From the NCBI GenBank assembly GCA_964016885.1, contig OZ024742.1, positions 119,598,001-119,662,000 of the forward strand: DNA of 64,000 nucleotides, written 5' to 3'. A program made the position numbers and the translations under genes. Source of the stretch: Eledone cirrhosa. Its lineage: Eukaryota. Below the pieces are notes generated by a model. That model saw nothing but the letters and a program-made list of their open reading frames with translations. It ran no database searches and had not been told where the DNA came from. Positions 13,195 through 28,263 of the stretch are shown one piece after another (within the stretch, counting starts at the first letter, position 1; each line of letters opens with the position of its first letter).

Positions 13195-13249
13195 AGCTTC
13201 CTGATGATTTCTCACGAATAAAACAGTTCTAGTCCTGTAGAAGCTCTTC
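13191..13249 (+). ncRNA. Hammerhead ribozyme copy with core mutation (GAAA>AAAA), right arm of palindrome
   Basis: gaagagcuuc-CUGAUGA-uuucucacgaau-AAAACAG-uucuaguc-CUGUA-gaagcucuuc. Stem I is 10 bp and G12 is replaced by A at 13220. Confidence 0.55.
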
Positions 13250-13281
<32 letters not shown>

Positions 13282-15067
13282 CTTATATATGTATGTGTGT
13301 GTATGTATATGTGTATACAATCTAAATGTAGTGGCGGTGAAATACCTCAGTGTGTGTGTGCGTATGTATGTGTATACAGTTTGAATATAGTTGTGGAGGA
13401 AATGCCTTAATCAACTCTCCTCAATTTCAAAACCTAATCTTTACCTTTTATTACTGTATTTCTAATAAAACACTCTGTCTGTGTTTCAATTAATTTTGAA
13501 AAGAACCAAACATTTGGAGGCATTTAATAAAATAACTGAGTTTTTCATTAGTGAGCTGATATTTAGAACATTGCTTAAGAAAAGTTTCTAAAATAAAATT
13601 ATGGTGAAAGGTTTTAATATAAGGATAAACCTTTTAAAATGAGCATTTTTGTATCATAATGCCAAGGTGGTTTCAGATGGTTTGGAATCAAAATGGTTAA
13701 GGTTGTTTGGATAATCAGAAGCAAGCAAAGTTAAGAACACTTATAACCTCAGCTGATCTAAGCCCATTGAAACGTTTTAAGACAATGTCATGGTAGTGGA
13801 CCTTGTCTATAAGCCATCTTGGTGAAATCAATGAACATGTTTTGACCCTACTAGATCTCTTCAGTGAAGCATATACACTCAATAAAACTGAATGATCAGA
13901 TATAGTTGGAGAAAAGGTAATTATATATGCTAACAAAGGGTACAGGCAAATTATCCTGAGGAGGATTGCTCTGAATAAAATGTATACATACAAATAGTCA
14001 CACAGTCTGAATATAGTGAGTGGGGAAAAATTCAATCAATTGAGACTATCCTTACAATTTCAAGTCAGAAACTTCCTTTAGGCATGTTCAGATAATGAAA
14101 AGCCAGCAAAAGATAAAACTCCTAAAGCTGATCCAAGGCTTGGAATAATTTAAGGCTTGTGTGAATTGACCTTGTCTATAAGCCAACTTGGTGAAAGCGA
14201 TGAACATGTTTCAATTTTATTGATTTCCTCAGCAAAGCATATTCATACAGTGTACCAGGTGCAGTTTATCTTGTCACTAACACCAGGGAGGTTGTCATAT
14301 TGTTGTTTGGCAAGTTTTCTCTGACTGGATATCCTTCCTATCACTAACCACTTTACAGAATGTACTAGATGCATTTATTGTGTCACCAAAACTAAAGAGG
14401 TTGTGTGTGGTAATCTTTATGCAAATGGAAAGTCCTCTCAACCCCCTTTTGGTATGATTTCTATAACTAGATGCCCTTCCTATCAGCAGCCACCTTGTAG
14501 AATGTACTGGATACAATTTTCATGGCATCAGTTATTGACTAAATTGAAGAGCTCTCTTTACCCTATGGAAGGTGGGGGGCAGACGAAATGGGGAAATGAG
14601 AAGGTACATAATTATGCTGTTGTGGGTGTATACTTATCATTTTCCCATTTCATCTGCCTCCCAGTTGAGGCAAGATTGGTCGTCTTACTATACAAGCGAG
14701 ACGACCAATCTTGCCTCAAGTGGGACAATTCCCGTCTAAACCCATGCTAGCGTGGAAGATAGACGTTAAATCGTGATGATGATGATGATATATATATATA
14801 TATAATATAATATGTATATATATAATATATATAGATTTGCATATATCTGTGTATGTATATATGAATGCATTCACACATATATACATGCATGCATTAAAGA
14901 ATCAACAAGTGTGTGTGTGTGTATATATATTTTTTGTGTGTGTGTGTACATATATAATATAAGTGTACATATACATATATGTATATATATATATATATAT
15001 ATGCCTGTGTATGTTATATATATATATATATTATAGAAGTGGTTACACAACAGTTAGTTCACCATAC

Positions 15068-15105
15068 CGAGAACAATTGTTTCACCTTAGCGGATCCTCA
15101 GCTCG
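15068..15105 (-). ncRNA. Minimal type I hammerhead ribozyme (Penelope-type)
   Basis: Minus strand reads cgag-CUGAGGA-uccgcuaaggu-GAAAC-aauu-GUU-cucg. Stem I is cgag/cucg, the core is intact, stem II is cc/gg, and the 1-bp stem III has a palindromic AAUU loop. Confidence 0.78.
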
Positions 15106-15322
15106 TAATCTCTCTCTATATATATATGTGTGTGTGTGTGTATGTATAAATGCAACCTTATGGTGTCCCAGTTGGAATGTTGTTTGCCTATGAAAGCATA
15201 TTCTCTGTCCATGCTCTAGGCTTACCTTCTCAGGGAGTTATAGATTATTTTTTAACCAAGCTAACATTAAGTGTGTTTAGTTAAATTTCTTTTCAAATGA
15301 AAATAACCCATTATTTAGCTTC

Positions 15323-15786
15323 TTAACCCTTTACCATTTACATTACTCTATATATACTATTGTATTTTCACTTAATTACCTCACATAATATCGAATCTGA
15401 GATTTTTATATTATTTATTTTGAGAAGAATACTTTAATGTCGGCATGAGGGGTCGGTTATGACTGATTTAAAGAGAAAGGGGTGAAAGAATTCTGGCCGG
15501 ATATGGCCAGTTTAAAAGCTAAAAGGTAACCCTTCTAATACCTGAAACTGCCCCTGGTTCTATGATGCAAAGTGTTTTGTTTTAAAGTGTTCATATTTAA
15601 ATTTGAACCATTTATCTATCATAATTTTTTGTAAGAAAATTTCATCAAGCGATGTTTCAAACACCAGCTTAAAATTGAAGAAGTTATTTTCCAAAATCTC
15701 TCTAAATTCTTGATTATGCTCCAAATTAACTGAAATTACAGGCAATGTTATTTTATTCTTTTTAAAGTATGGTAACCAAAGGGTAA
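15323..15786. mobile_element. Two adjacent degenerate piggyBac-like MITEs
   Basis: ttaaccctttacc...gctaaaaggtaa is followed by taacccttc...caaagggtaa. Bodies match the 38266 family (reverse orientation) and the 26969 family. Confidence 0.5.
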
Positions 15787-16669
15787 CATGCTATCTAAAC
15801 TGTATGATAATACAATACACCTACACTGTAGATTTCTGAAATAGTATTCCTCCCTGTTACGAAATTTTGCAGCTAATTGTTAGAAGATTTTTAAATATAT
15901 TCCTGAAAACCAATATTCCTCTAAAAGAACATAACTACAGCATTAAAAAAAAGTGTTATTTTAACAGTGCCAATTTAGTAGAATTAAAACGGCCATTTCA
16001 TTAAATTCCACTATATGCTTTTCTGTCAAAATTGTCTTCTTTTTTTCTGTTTTCCTTTCAAAGCGTCTGTGAGTTGATGAGGGGGAACTGCTACACAAGT
16101 GCTCACCTTGCTAGAAATAGCAACCAAATCTCTCTCAAATTACATTCTATTATTGTAGAAAAGGAAAGATATATTGGATAGTCTAGTCTTTATAGAATGT
16201 TTGCAAAAAAGAGAGCATCATTCATTACAGCTGAGATAGTTTTGATCATATCATAAGTCCACTCAATTAAGGTTGACCTGGGGCTAAACAACATCAACTA
16301 TCACATATGTGCTTCAAGCAAACGCTGTCTAAATGAATATAGTTCTTTTCCTTACATATTCTGCGTCTGTCTTGTTTATAACAAAATTTCTGTAATTTTG
16401 AAAATATACTTCTTAAAATTTGTACAAAAAGCTGAAAACGAATGCATAATGTAACAGATGTATCATGTATGTTGTGAAGCCATACAAATATGTATAACCT
16501 TTTTATCAATTTTACTAGGGTCATTTCTTCCAGCAATCTTCCTCACTGTATCATATGACTTGGTATTCTTCTATCCACTCAGTATTGATATACCAAGTTC
16601 TAAATATGGTCACAAGCCTTTCATTTACATGCCAAGCTGTTCTCTTGAGCAAGTTCTTTCATTCAATAA

Positions 16670-20706
<4,037 letters not shown>

Positions 20707-21066
20707 GTGACTTCTGGTGTCACGCAGTAATACAGAGTACCCGACCTCCCATGGGTACAAGCTGAAGCATATAGACAATATGCCAACCCCCCCCCCACTG
20801 CAAGGTGGTCGTGGAGATGCCATGGCAAAAAAGCACCCAGCCCACACTGTAAAGTGGGCCTGTAGGCGCCACGAAAAAGCACCCAGCACTCACTGCAAAT
20901 GAGGTTGGTGTTAGGAAGGGCATCCAGCTGTAGAAATCAAGCCAAATCAGTTCCTGTATGAGCAAGGCATGGTCAGCCGACCAGACACTGCCCACAACAG
21001 GACAACCCGTCTAACCCATGCTAGCGTGGAAGAACGAACGTAAAACTGTGATGATGATGATGATGA
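20707..21066 (+). mobile_element. RTE LINE 3' end with (GAT)n tail
   Basis: Nearly identical to 49770-50119. Contains ggttggtgttaggaagggcatccagctgtagaaa and ccatgctagcgtggaa motifs. Confidence 0.88.
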
Positions 21067-21154
21067 TATGTATGTATATATATATGTATATATATATGTA
21101 TGTATGTATATATATATGTATATATATATATATATATGTATGTATATATATATG

Positions 21155-21185
<31 letters not shown>

Positions 21186-21560
21186 GTATATATATATATA
21201 TATATGTATGTATATATATATGTATATATATATATATATATGTATGTATATATATATGTATATATATATATATATATGTATGTATATATATATGTATATA
21301 TATATATATATGTATGTATATATATATATGTATATATATGTATATATATATGTATATATATATATGTATATATATATGTATATATATATGTATATATATA
21401 TATGTATATATATATGTATATATATATATGTATATATATATGTATATATATATATGTATATATATATGTATATATATATGTATATATATATATGTATATA
21501 TATATGTATATATATATATGTATATATATATATGTATATATATATATGTATATATATATG

Positions 21561-21591
<31 letters not shown>

Positions 21592-21672
21592 GTATATATA
21601 TATGTATATATATATGTATATATATATATGTATATATATATATGTATATATATATATGTATATATATATATG

Positions 21673-21719
<47 letters not shown>

Positions 21720-21800
21720 GTATATATATATATGTATATATATATGTCTGTATATATGTATATATATATGTATGTATATATATATGTATATATGTATGTA

Positions 21801-21906
21801 TTTTTAATATAGATGAGATTCTACAGGACTAGAACTGTTTCATTCTTTAGAAATCATCAGGAATTACTTACTGTGGTTACCTCTGATTCAACCCGGAATA
21901 ACTTAC
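21801..21906 (-). mobile_element. Penelope-like pLTR remnant between TA/TG arrays
   Basis: Second copy of the element at 13061, with the two blocks contiguous. Confidence 0.6.
21818..21864 (-). ncRNA. Type I hammerhead ribozyme in Penelope-like pLTR fragment
   Basis: Minus strand reads auuc-CUGAUGA-uuucuaaagaau-GAAACAG-uucuaguc-CUGUA-gaau. Stem I is auuc/gaau, stem II uuc/gaa, stem III ACAG/CUGU, with a GUA cleavage triplet. Confidence 0.7.
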
Positions 21907-22114
21907 TATATATGTATGTATATATATATGTATGTATGTATGTATATATATATATGTATGTATGTATATATATGTATATATATATATGTATGTATGTATG
22001 TATATATATATATATGTATGTATGTATATATATGTATACATACATATATATATGTATGTATGTATATATATATGTATGTATATATATGTGTATATATATG
22101 TATATGTATGTATA

Positions 22115-22162
<48 letters not shown>

Positions 22163-22544
22163 ATAAATATACAAATGAATATAGTAATTAGTTTAAACTA
22201 ATTATTGTGAACATCATACACTTTATTAGCAATAAAGTTACTATATATCAATCTGAAATTCTACTGCTGCTATTTTACCTTTCCTTTTCTCTCTTCTTTT
22301 GTCTTTTACTCTCTTTCTACTTCCTCTCTCATATTATTTTTTTCTCTCATTCTATTATTGCTTTTTTTTTTCTCCTTCTTCTTCTTAGTCATCTGTGAAG
22401 GAGAAAGAAGTAAAAATATAGACACAGAATTAGAAAGAAAATGCAGAAAAATTAATAATAAATGAATGAAAAAGAACTCCCCCACGCCACTCCCCACCCC
22501 CACCACCCACCACCCAAAAATGAAGGGAAAAGAGAGACCCCCCT

Positions 22545-23072
22545 CACTGTTCTTTTCTTTCTCCTTCATTTACATTTTGTATTTTTATGCTTCTTTTCTT
22601 ATTTTTCTTCTTTCTTTTGTCATTTTCTTCTGTTTTTTTTTTCATTCTTTTCTTCTTCTCTGCCTATTTTACTGCTTTCTTCTTTACTCTTTCTTTCTCT
22701 CTCATTTTCGTTCTTTCTTTTTCTTTCTCGTGTCTCTTTCTCTATTTTGTCTCTATTTTTAGTCTTTTTTCTTTCTCCAGTCTTTTCTTTTCTTTCGTTC
22801 TGTCAATTTTTCTTTCTTTCTGGTGTTGTTCCATCTTTTTCTGTCTTTTTTCTTTCCAGCATTTTCTCTTTTTTCTTTTTTCTTTTTTCTTTTTTCTTTT
22901 TTCTTTTTTCTTTTTTCTTTTTTCTTTTTTCTTTTTTCTTTTTTCTTTCTTTCTATCTTCTTTCTTTCCATTTCTCTCTCTTCTTTCTTTCTTTTTTTCT
23001 CTCTCTTTTTTAATCTTTCTATTTCTTTCTTTTTCTTTCCTTTTTTTCTCCCTCTGACTTTTTCTTCTCACC
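22545..23072 (+). repeat. Long polypyrimidine (T/C) low-complexity tract
   Basis: About 500 bp, overwhelmingly T/C, with (CTTTTTT)n runs. Confidence 0.92.
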
Positions 23073-23358
23073 TGTAATAAGTAGAAAGTAAGACAAAATA
23101 TATTATCCTCTTTTGTATTCTACATCTCACTAGAAGTTTCACCTCTACCAGCCTAAATGGAATTGTAACTCAGTGTGGTTAAACAACACATATTTATTTC
23201 CTAATGTTCATAAAGTACAGATTTGAATGAGACAATAATGTGTATCAAGAAGCTGACCGGACACAACCCATGCTAGCATGAAAAACGGACGTAAAATGGT
23301 GATGATGATGAAGATCAACAAATTTTAATAATAACATTAATAAGAAACAACGTTTAAG

Positions 23359-24832
23359 TTAACCCTTTAGCATTTAAACCGACTGTATTCAGCCAGAATT
23401 CTCTCACCGCTTTCTGTTCAAACTGGTCGTAACTGGCTCCTCATACTTATGTTAAGGTATTGTTCTCAAAATAAATTATATCAAAATCTCATAGATTTGA
23501 TATTATGTGAGATAAAGCAATAAGTAGCAGCAAGTGCCCACAAAATACTAGCTCCTTCAACTGCGCAGAGGGTTCTATAGAAATAGTGGACAGCTTCCGT
23601 TATCTGGGTGACAAAATCAGCAGTGGGGGAGGGTGCTCTGAAAGTACAGTAGCTAGAGTCAGAACTGGATGGAAAAAGTTCAGAGAGCTTATACCACTAT
23701 TAGCCGCTAGAGGGTTCTCCCTAAAAATGAAAGGCAGGTTATACGATGCCTGCATACGTACAGCAATGCTGCATGGCAGTGAGACCTGGGCATTGTGTGC
23801 AGAGGATATACGCAGACTAGAGAGGAACGAAGCTTGCATGCTCCGCTGGATGTGCAATAGTAATATACGTGAACGGCAAAGCATAAACGAACTAAGGAAA
23901 AAATTAGAAATAAGAGGGATCAGATGTTGTTTACTCGAGAGAAGGCTATGTTGGTACGGTCACGTGATGCGCATGAAAGACGACAGCTGTATAACAAAGT
24001 GCAGGGCAATAAAGATAGACGGTAGCCACGGAGTAGGCAGACCCAGAAAAACATGGGACGAGCTAATAAATTCCGACCTCACACGCTTACACCTCTCCAA
24101 GACAATGTCACTGGACCGAGACCTTTGGCGGTATTCAGTAATAGAGAAGACCCGCCTTACCTAAATACAAAGTAAAAACCTACTACAGTCAGTAGGCATC
24201 TCTATCAAAACACACCCCCGTCCCACCACCTCCACCCCACTCACACCGCCCCTTCAATGTAAAGTTATGTTGGTCCCACAACATCCAGGCCGAAACAAAT
24301 GAGATCGTGTAGGTGTCACGACAAAAAACACACAGTCCAAGCTGTAAATGTGGCCGTGTAGGCAACACGGTAAAAACCTCCCAGACCCACACTGTAAATG
24401 TGGTTGGTGTTAGGAAGGGCATCCAGCTGTAGAAAACCTGCCAGACAGTCCAAGCTGTAAATGTGGCCGTGTAGGCAACACGGTAAAAACCTCCCAGTCC
24501 CACACTGTAAATGTGGTTGGTGTTAGGAAGGGCATCCAGCTGTAGAAAACCCGCCAGACAGTCCACGCTGTAATGTGGCCGTGTAGGCAACACGGTAAAA
24601 ACCTCCCAGCCCCACACTGTAAATGTGGTTGGTGTTAGGAAGGGCATCCAACTGTAGAAAACCCGCCAGACAGTCCTATGCGAGCAAGACAACCACTCTT
24701 GCCTCAAGTGGGAAAACCCCCGTCCAAACCCATGCAAGCGTGGAACACGGACGCTAAACCTGATGATGATGATGATGATGATGAAAGCCTTTACCATGAA
24801 CATACAATAGTAAATATAGAGTAAAGGGTTGA
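23359..24832 (+). mobile_element. piggyBac-like MITE split by an RTE insertion
   Basis: The left part ttaaccctttagcattt...gagataaagc (23359-23518) and the right part aaagcc...aatagtaaatatagagtaaagggtt (24783-24832) match the intact copies at 38266 and 60196. Confidence 0.75.
23520..24783 (+). mobile_element. 5'-truncated RTE LINE (ORF C-terminus, triplicated 3' UTR module, GAT tail)
   Basis: Intact 192-aa ORF FRYLGD...GWKKFREL...HGSETW...WYGHVMR...GRPRKTW, ending in (GAT)8. Confidence 0.92.
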
Positions 24833-25565
24833 ATGCGTTGTAGAAGTAGTTTTATATATGTTCTTGAAATAAAGTTCTTTTGGGAATAGAAGATACTGTC
24901 TGAGATAAAAGAAAGGAAATTACATATGTGGTAGAATCAAGATATAATAACTTGATGTCTTATACTACTGAGACAAGTTTTGCAATGAGTTGAAACAAGA
25001 GTAGACAACAATTAATTCCTGATTCCGATACCTCCCACTCTAGCCAAATTTCAGTGACCCTTTTGATACCAACTGTGGCCAAAACCAGCCCTGGTTCCAT
25101 GAAGCAAAACAAAACCACCCATTTCAAATGATTCCTATATAAATTTATATCTTCCAACATGATATTATAGAAGAACCATATATTTATTTATTATATTTAG
25201 GAATGAAATAATTAATCATTTGAGTAAACCCTTCAAAATGCTGCATTAATTAATCAAAAGAGTATATTTTATTTTAAATACAGTCATGAAAGAGTTAAGG
25301 AAAGAATGCTTTAAGTTGTGTTTCTACAGCCAATGCATGGCTTAGATGTACTGCTCTATCATTGGTCCAATAAACCAATGAAAAATAGTGATCAACTAAA
25401 TTTTATCTTGGTTGCTATAGAGCTTTTAGTTTGATTGAATTCATTTTATATGTATGTATTGTTTTAGAACAGTTCTCCACAATTAGTGTCAAATATCCAA
25501 ATTATGATATCCTTCTCCTCCTCATCGTCATCATTGTTTTAATGGATTTTCTTCCATAGTTCATG

Positions 25566-25725
25566 GCGGTGAATTAGAAGAGTTGTTAGAACGTTGGATA
25601 GAATGTTTTATGGTTTTGTCCCACCGCTTTGCGCGTTCTGAGTTCAAATCCCGCCCTGGTCAACTTTGCTTTTCATCCTTTCAAGGCCAATAAAAAAAGT
25701 ACCAATCCAGTACTGGGGTCGATTC
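25566..25725 (+). mobile_element. MetaSINE-type SINE (older copy)
   Basis: ctgagttcaaatcccgcc and ttttcatcctttc motifs. Confidence 0.7.
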
Positions 25726-26046
25726 TTCCTCTATAGAAAAAATCTGCTGTGTTCAGACCTGCAAGGTTTAAAAGTGCCCTAAACACACCGTATGACAGTG
25801 CCTCTATGACTCCACAAGGAGTTATGGGATCTTTATCTTTATTTTTATCCTTCCATACTTGCATGGGTTGTTAAAGATATTTTATGGCAAGTTTTCTACA
25901 ATCAGATGCCCTTCCTGATGTCAGCCCACATCTTATTTTAAGTATAATATATACTGCTACCCTTTTGTCAAATATTTGCACTACAGGACATACGAGGAAC
26001 ATAGACAACTATCATTGATCACTTTTATAGACAGTTTGAAGGGATG

Positions 26047-26077
<31 letters not shown>

Positions 26078-26078
<1 letters not shown>

Positions 26079-26426
26079 CATCATCATCATCATCATCATC
26101 ATTTTACGTCCGCTTTTCCCTGCTTGCAAGAGTGGGACGGGAACTGATTCTGGCTTGATTTCTACAGCTGGATGCCCTTCCTAACACCGACCTCATTTAC
26201 AGTGAGTGCTGGGTGCTTTTATGTGCCGTGGCACCTCCACGACCACTTTGCAGTGGAATGATATGGACCCCAGTCCCTATCATCTCATTTCTACAGCTGA
26301 GTAAACTGGAGCAATGTGAAATAAAGTGTCTTGCTCAAGGAAACAACACATCACCCGGTCTGAGAATTGAACTCACAACCTTTCATTTTCAAGGCCAATG
26401 CTCTAACCACTAAGCCATGTACCTCC

Positions 26427-26427
<1 letters not shown>
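26078..26427 (-). mobile_element. RTE 3' tail fragment joined to a tRNA-derived SINE
   Basis: (CAT)n plus ctggatgcccttcctaacacc, followed by the reverse complement of an A-box/B-box head at about 26350-26427. Confidence 0.7.
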
Positions 26428-26465
<38 letters not shown>

Positions 26466-26968
26466 TACAGACGCAAACATATACATGCACACACATACAT
26501 ACACATACATATACACATACATAAACATATACATACATACATGTACATATACACATACATTCCTTGCAGTTAATACCTACCAAATTCATTCACAAGGCAT
26601 TGCTATCATGGAAGATTTTTATGAAACTTAGAACCAACTGTTCTATTGTTGTCTTCAGTTTAAAAACATCATTTAATGCCAGATTCAATCTGATATTCTT
26701 CTTCCGGTAATATTAGCTTCCCTTATACAAGCTTTCAAGACCTGATCACACTTGATAATTTCCAACAAGATTCAGCTCTTTGAGATAGTTCATGGTTATT
26801 TATAGTAACTGAAGAATCTACAGATGTATTACAGAAAGAAAGTATGTCGCTTAGACAGACATTCAAGTGAAGCCCAATTGAGTATCAACCACTTCATATC
26901 TGAAGAAACATATGAAGTGTGTATTTTTATATAAAAGTAATTATTTAGAAAAATATGTTAAATGCTGT

Positions 26969-27186
26969 TTTAACCCTTTTGAAACTGCCTCTGGTTTTAT
27001 AATACTGGTCTGTTTATCTAAACAGCTTCCATCATAATTTTATGTAAGATCCTTTAAGTTATATTTCAAACACCAGCTTTATATTGAGAAAGTCAGTTTA
27101 CTAAATCCCTCTAAATACTTGAATGTTTTAAACATTGATTGAAAATCGTGCACTGCATCATTAGAAATATGGTAATGGAAGGGTTA
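26969..27186 (+). mobile_element. piggyBac-like MITE (longer family)
   Basis: ttaaccctttt...gaagggttag. Related copies at about 13430-13720, 29982-30230, 47460-47705 and 59599-59842. Confidence 0.55.
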
Positions 27187-27204
27187 GACAGTGATGTTTC
27201 ATGT

Positions 27205-27716
27205 AATAATAATAATGAAATTATTGTGTAAAGTGCTCAGGTGCACTACAACTCGTCAAAGGTGTATGTATAGTACATAGAATAATACACAAATGTCAGG
27301 GAAGTACATGTGTGTATGTGTTAGCTGTAGTGTTGGCGGATCTCGGGAAGCATGGAGGCCTTAAAGGATGCAGTGTCTCGACAGCTAACAACTGATGCAG
27401 GTAGTTTGTTCCATGCTTCAGCAACTCGGAGCGGGAAAAAATGTCTCCGAAAGTCATGGGAGCTGTGCTGTTTTCTTACTTTGTGGGCATGTCCACGTGT
27501 GTTAGACACATGGAAATCAAAAAGGTACTCAGGGTTGTTGTTGGCAACATGGTTAACAATTTTGTGGGTGTTTACCAAGTCAGTTGCCAGGCGTCGGAGC
27601 TTCAATGTATCCATGCCCAGGGAAGCAAGGTGCTCAGAGTATGGTAGATGCCTGATGGAGGGTATTCGCTTGGTTGCACGTCTCTGAACAGTTTCCAGGC
27701 GGTCAATGTTTAGATG
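27205..27716 (-). mobile_element. CR1-clade LINE 3' end
   Basis: LETVQRRATK...TRGH..K...RRHFF..RV...WNKLP..VV is the typical CR1 ORF2 C-terminus. Ends in an (ATT)n tail. Confidence 0.9.
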
Positions 27717-27814
27717 CACTGTCAAATCACTGATTACAATAAACGATTATAAACTTACAAATTGTTTTCAAATCATACAAATAACATGGTTTTGAAAATA
27801 TAAAATACAGAGTA

Positions 27815-28002
27815 ATAATTTTGGTAGGTAGGGGAAAGTCAATTAAATTGACTCCAGTGTGTTACTAGTACTTTATTTTATCGATCTTGTAAGGATGAAA
27901 GGCAAAGCTGACCTTGGTGGGATTTGAACTCAGAATGTAAAGAGCTGTAACTCAATGCCACAAAGCATGTTGTCCGATGCTCTACTGATACTGCTAATCC
28001 AT
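27815..28002 (-). mobile_element. MetaSINE-type SINE
   Basis: Reverse complement of the family consensus (tactttattttatcga..aggatgaaaggcaaag..gggatttgaactcag). Confidence 0.75.
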
Positions 28003-28263
28003 AATAATAAATAGTTAAAATGTGCAACATTTTAAACAACTCTTCTGCTGGTAGTCAAAGCAGTAGCAATGCAATAAAAATGTATCATTATCACCACCAC
28101 CACCACCACCATCGTTATCATCACTGCCATCACAAGCATCATCATGGCTATCACCATCAATATTATGTTATACTCTAAAGTAGGAGATGACTTTATTTTC
28201 TAACAGTATGGCTGACAATATGGAAGCTGGATTTCAAAATTAAATCAATTGGCTGTAATTTCG

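Larger units (their letters stand above)
13061..13254. mobile_element. Penelope-like pLTR remnant with inverted duplication, inserted in (TA)n
   Basis: Shares a 42-bp block (taagttattc...cacagtaagtaa) and the hammerhead block with 21801-21906. The 13137-13254 segment is a near-perfect palindrome. Flanked by TA repeats. Confidence 0.6.
21067..22160. repeat. (TA)nTG arrays flanking the 21801-21906 insertion
   Basis: Direct inspection. Confidence 0.95.

Noticed and set aside
22306-23077. Phe/Ser/Leu-rich 'membrane protein' and Lys/Arg/Glu-rich ORFs
   Set aside because: Artefacts of the polypyrimidine tract.
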